DNA of 63,569 nucleotides, filler included, from Reclinomonas americana ATCC 50394 (lineage: Eukaryota): assembly GCA_048213135.1 (NCBI GenBank). It is 10 parts of 4 records of this genome, joined end to end, with 100 filler letters (N's around TTAATTAATTAA, not from the genome) between each part and the next. Parts side by side here need not be neighbours in the genome. Positions count along the whole stretch, not along the records: positions 49,786 to 62,458 come from PS015787.1; positions 62,559 to 63,569 come from PS015790.1; 8 more parts are not named here. The stretch is one strand, 5' to 3'. The notes beneath the pieces are model-generated. The model had not been told where the DNA came from. It saw nothing but the letters and a program-made list of their open reading frames with translations, and did not search any database. Of this stretch, positions 60,259 through 63,569 are shown one piece after another. A program made the translations under genes and the position numbers. Within the stretch, counting starts at the first letter, position 1. Every line of letters begins with the position of its first letter.

Positions 60259-62397
60259 AAGCCGAGGCCCTCCGTCGCGACATCAACGATCGCTCGCTGC
60301 GCGCCTGGCGTGCGCAGACAGAACGCGCCTCGGCTCAGCCACATCCACCCGACGAAGAGGGCGACCTGTTCACTGCACTGTGGATCCGGTTGCAGGCGGC
60401 CGAAGAGCGCGTGCGTCAGGTCGAATCCTACTGGTCCTCGTTGCGGTGGCAGCAGAATAACACGCAGGAGCGGTGCGACGCGCTGGAACGAGACTTTGAC
60501 GCCATCAAGGGAACACGCACGGTCATAAGTATATTGCGCGACCGAATTGACGATCTGGAGCTCGGCTGTCGCAAGCTGCGCGCCGAGAAGCAGCAGCTGG
60601 AGGCACATGTCGACGAGGTTTTACCTGCTTCCCCTGTGTTTCCTTCTTCTTCACAATGGCTAACGCCACCCACCCACCCACCCTCCTTCACCAGTTGCGG
60701 CAGCGGTTGGAGTTGCTGGAGAAGCGGCCGAGCCCCGAAGCGGTGCCGCTTGTGAGTCCCGACTGGTTCTGCCTCGACGAAGCGCCTCCATGGTGCCACA
60801 GTGACGACGACGACGATGATGACGACGACGGCGGCGGTGGCGGCGGAGCAGGTGATGATGACAGCAGCAACCGGGAGGATGGCAAGCTCGGGGATGCGGA
60901 TCGCAGTCTGCTGGAGGTTGGTTGAGAACTTTTTGTTGCTCGTGCGTCGCCGGTCTTTCTCCACTCGTGACCGTTGTGTTTGCCTGCAGGTGGCCACCGC
61001 ACTGCAAATGCGGGAGAAACCACTGAACCCGAAAGTGCATGCACTGATTACAGCGTTGCGTGCCAAGGCGCAGCTGCAACAGCATCAGCAGCAATCGGGG
61101 CCAGTTGGAAGCACGCCACCAACATCGCCGCAACTTGGTCGTCGGGCGGCGCGGCGGCGGAGTATCGATTCATTTTCGCCAACTCTCTCGCCTCCGCAGC
61201 CAGACGCTCCATCACCGGTGACGGCGCTCCTGCTGCGCCACCAGCAACAGCGCGGTCGTGCAGCAACGTCGACCGCCACCCGCGCCTCTGTATTTTCCAC
61301 CTCGTACTCCCCTCTCAGCGTGCTGTCGCGAGTCACCGGCCGCGACACGGTTTCACTCCGGCAGGATCTGGCCCGCCGACTGTTCTCCAGCAGTCCAGTA
61401 GGCGACAGTGGTGGCACCAGCGGTGGTAGGTCAACGCCCCCACCGGGACCAGCAGCAGACTCGCAGCCGGCGCCATCGTCGCCCAGCAGCATGCGACAAT
61501 TGGCTCCCGTGGAGGAGCTGCTGTTCCACCAGCGGCGGCGCATGACCGGCCGCTCGCTGACCATTGGCACCGCTGGCGAGATGCTGGCCGCACTCAATTC
61601 GCCGACCGCCGGCCACGGAGCTGCGTCGTCGCCTCCCGGAATCGGCCCCTCCAATACGACTCCAACGGCCAGTCCCGGGGCGAGCAAGTTGCGCGGACCG
61701 CCGCTGGCGTTCTCGGCTCCCGCCTCTCCACTATCACACACCACGACAAATGTGTTGGGCGGCACATCGTCGCTGTCGATCGACGTCTCGAGCAGCAACT
61801 GCTCGGTGACGTCGCTGGAAGGCGGCGGCGGCGCATTGCGGTCAGCGGTGTTGGGATCGGTGACGCCTGCTGGCTTGGCCGATCAGCAACTCTTGCTGCA
61901 CGCAGTGACACGCAATGATCTTGCCCGAGTTGGTGCTCTCCTGGCATCGGTAACCAACTGCGCACCCTCTTTCCCATTTGCGTGCGGTTTTCTGAGTCGT
62001 TGTTTGTTCCCACCTCGCTCGCAGGGCAAAGTCGATGCCAACGCCAAGGACGAGCAGTCGCGTAGCCTGCTGTATTGGGCGTGCTTCAGTGGCCACGAGC
62101 GAATGGCGGTGTTGCTCATGGAGGTCTGCAGAGAAAGGGAGAAGAGTGCAGCGGGGAATAATGCAGTCGCTGACTCTTCGCGTCTTTCAGCACGGTGCCT
62201 CTCCGTGCACCTCGACGGTTCACGGATCGACGCCCCTGCACTGGGCGGCGTTTGAGGATTTCTCGCCCTCGGTGATGCAGGTGATGGTGGATCGTGGCGC
62301 CGATCCGAACGCTCCAGACAACAAAGGCTCCACTCCCCTCTCGCACGCCGCCATGCGCAATTGCAGTCGGGCCATTCGTTTCCTCATCTCCGCTGGT
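60259..62397 (+). CDS. Coiled-coil, low-complexity and ankyrin-repeat protein (partial)
   Basis: Coiled-coil exon (LQAAEERVRQVESYW), an S/P-rich middle, and ankyrin repeats VDANAKDEQSRSLLYWACFSGH, GSTPLHWAA and GADPNAPDNKGSTPLSHAA. Confidence 0.85.
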
Positions 62398-62591
62398 GAG
62401 TGGCCTTGTGTGTGTGTGTACGACACTGCGTCTGTTGTGGGGTCATTGCCGACACCGCNNNNNNNNNNNNNNNNNNNNNNNNNNNNNNNNNNNNNNNNNN
62501 NNTTAATTAATTAANNNNNNNNNNNNNNNNNNNNNNNNNNNNNNNNNNNNNNNNNNNNACATTCATGCATGCATTCAATCACAATTTGTCT

Positions 62592-63569
62592 CTCACCCAC
62601 CCACAACACAGTGTGTGTTCAACGAGCTCGTCAGTCGCGGCACTACCAGTCTGCGACAACTGATGCAGTACCTGGACGCGGAACTCGATGCGGCTGCACT
62701 CGCGGCTGCAGGCGGCAGCAACAGCAGCAGCGATCGCGTGGCAGCCGCAGCAGCGAATGCCTCGAACTCATCTGCCAATCGCCGGTCTCTGTGCCTCTCT
62801 CTTCGTGACTCTCTCTTTGTCTCTCAACACTCACTTGTGTGACAGACTGGGACCGCGTCTGCAATCGGAGCACGTTCGCGACGCGTTGCGAGTGCTGATT
62901 GCCCACGGCGTGGTGACGTACGATCCGCACTCGAAGCGCGGAAACTCAGAGTTGACGCTGTACGATGCACACCCCGAGGTCGGGGCCTGCGTGTGCGCCT
63001 ATGTGTGCTTATCTCTCATCTGCATAATACTCAAACCATGGTTCATTGCCAGGCGGCCATTGGGAGGTTGCGATACCCGCGCTACTTGGAGACCGTGCAC
63101 TCGGCGGTGCTGAAGGAGTGTGCACACGATGCCGAAGACGAACTCGACGTGAAGCTGGCTGCAGTTGCGATTGTCGCGTGTGTGTGTTCGGGCACCACTG
63201 GCTGAGTTGTGCACGCCTCGCAGACCACCATGTTGGCCAAGTCGTTGATGGTGCACGGCCGCATGCAACGGCGCAAGTGCATCGAATTCGCTCACGAGAG
63301 TGTTGGCTTTGACGGCAAACGTTGCGTGCAGCAACCTCCACACATGCACATATATACGTACATCCCTTGACGTGTGGCGTGTGGCGCAGCGCAAGAGTAC
63401 TTTACGCCGGAGGTGTGGAGCGAGGCATTCCGCTTGTTGATCCGCTTGCGTTTCATTAAACCGGCTGCGGAGATTGGTTCGCCTCGCCCTTTCCTCTCTC
63501 TCTCTCTCTCGTGGTGAGTGTGCTCATCCTGTGTGCCTGCAGTGCCGCAGCGCTCGTCAGCCTCACAGG
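62592..63569 (+). CDS. POLR3C: RNA polymerase III subunit RPC3/RPC82 (partial)
   Basis: VFNELVSRGTTSLRQL...VRDALRVLIAHGVVTY...LY / IGRLRYPRYL...SLMVHGRM...AFRLLIRLRFI matches the winged-helix N-terminus of RPC3. Confidence 0.8.

Noticed and set aside
1..63569. Non-standard genetic code or non-canonical introns
   Set aside because: The exon junctions I checked (SKP1, AIG1-like, Grx3, polymerase-like gene) fit GT-AG introns and the standard code, and apparent in-frame stops fell in introns. Not every junction was checked.

Overview
Draft eukaryotic sequence from a GC-rich, flagellated protist (IFT46 is present). It is a string of contigs joined by N-runs and N-TTAATTAATTAA-N linkers. Genes have many short GT-AG introns, often filled with (CT)n/(CA)n microsatellite, so most of the six-frame ORF track is spurious. 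Recognisable genes: lipin/PAH1, an orphan acid-lipase last exon, SKP1, a FAR-17a/AIG1 membrane protein, a coiled-coil protein, Grx3/PICOT (split by a mis-oriented contig), a secreted protein with a phage-type peptidase S74 chaperone-like domain, a membrane-anchored LRR protein, intronless WD40 genes with near-identical repeats, FANCI, an ARM-repeat protein, a membrane-anchored S8 subtilase, a possible MAU2-like solenoid, an RLE-type non-LTR retrotransposon fragment, IFT46, a large secreted adhesin with H-type-lectin-like domains, an ankyrin protein and Pol III subunit RPC3. Most interesting: (1) an intron-containing minimal PolA-superfamily-like gene (53744-54989); (2) a dispersed ~300-400 bp terminally redundant repeat with an invariant 24-nt core, which flanks the LRR gene, forms an inversion and interrupts the retroelement; (3) a WD40 cluster showing repeat-number change and an F-box-like tail; (4) the secreted S74-like protein that seems to lack the autocleavage dyad. 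All family assignments come from motif recognition by eye, not database searches.
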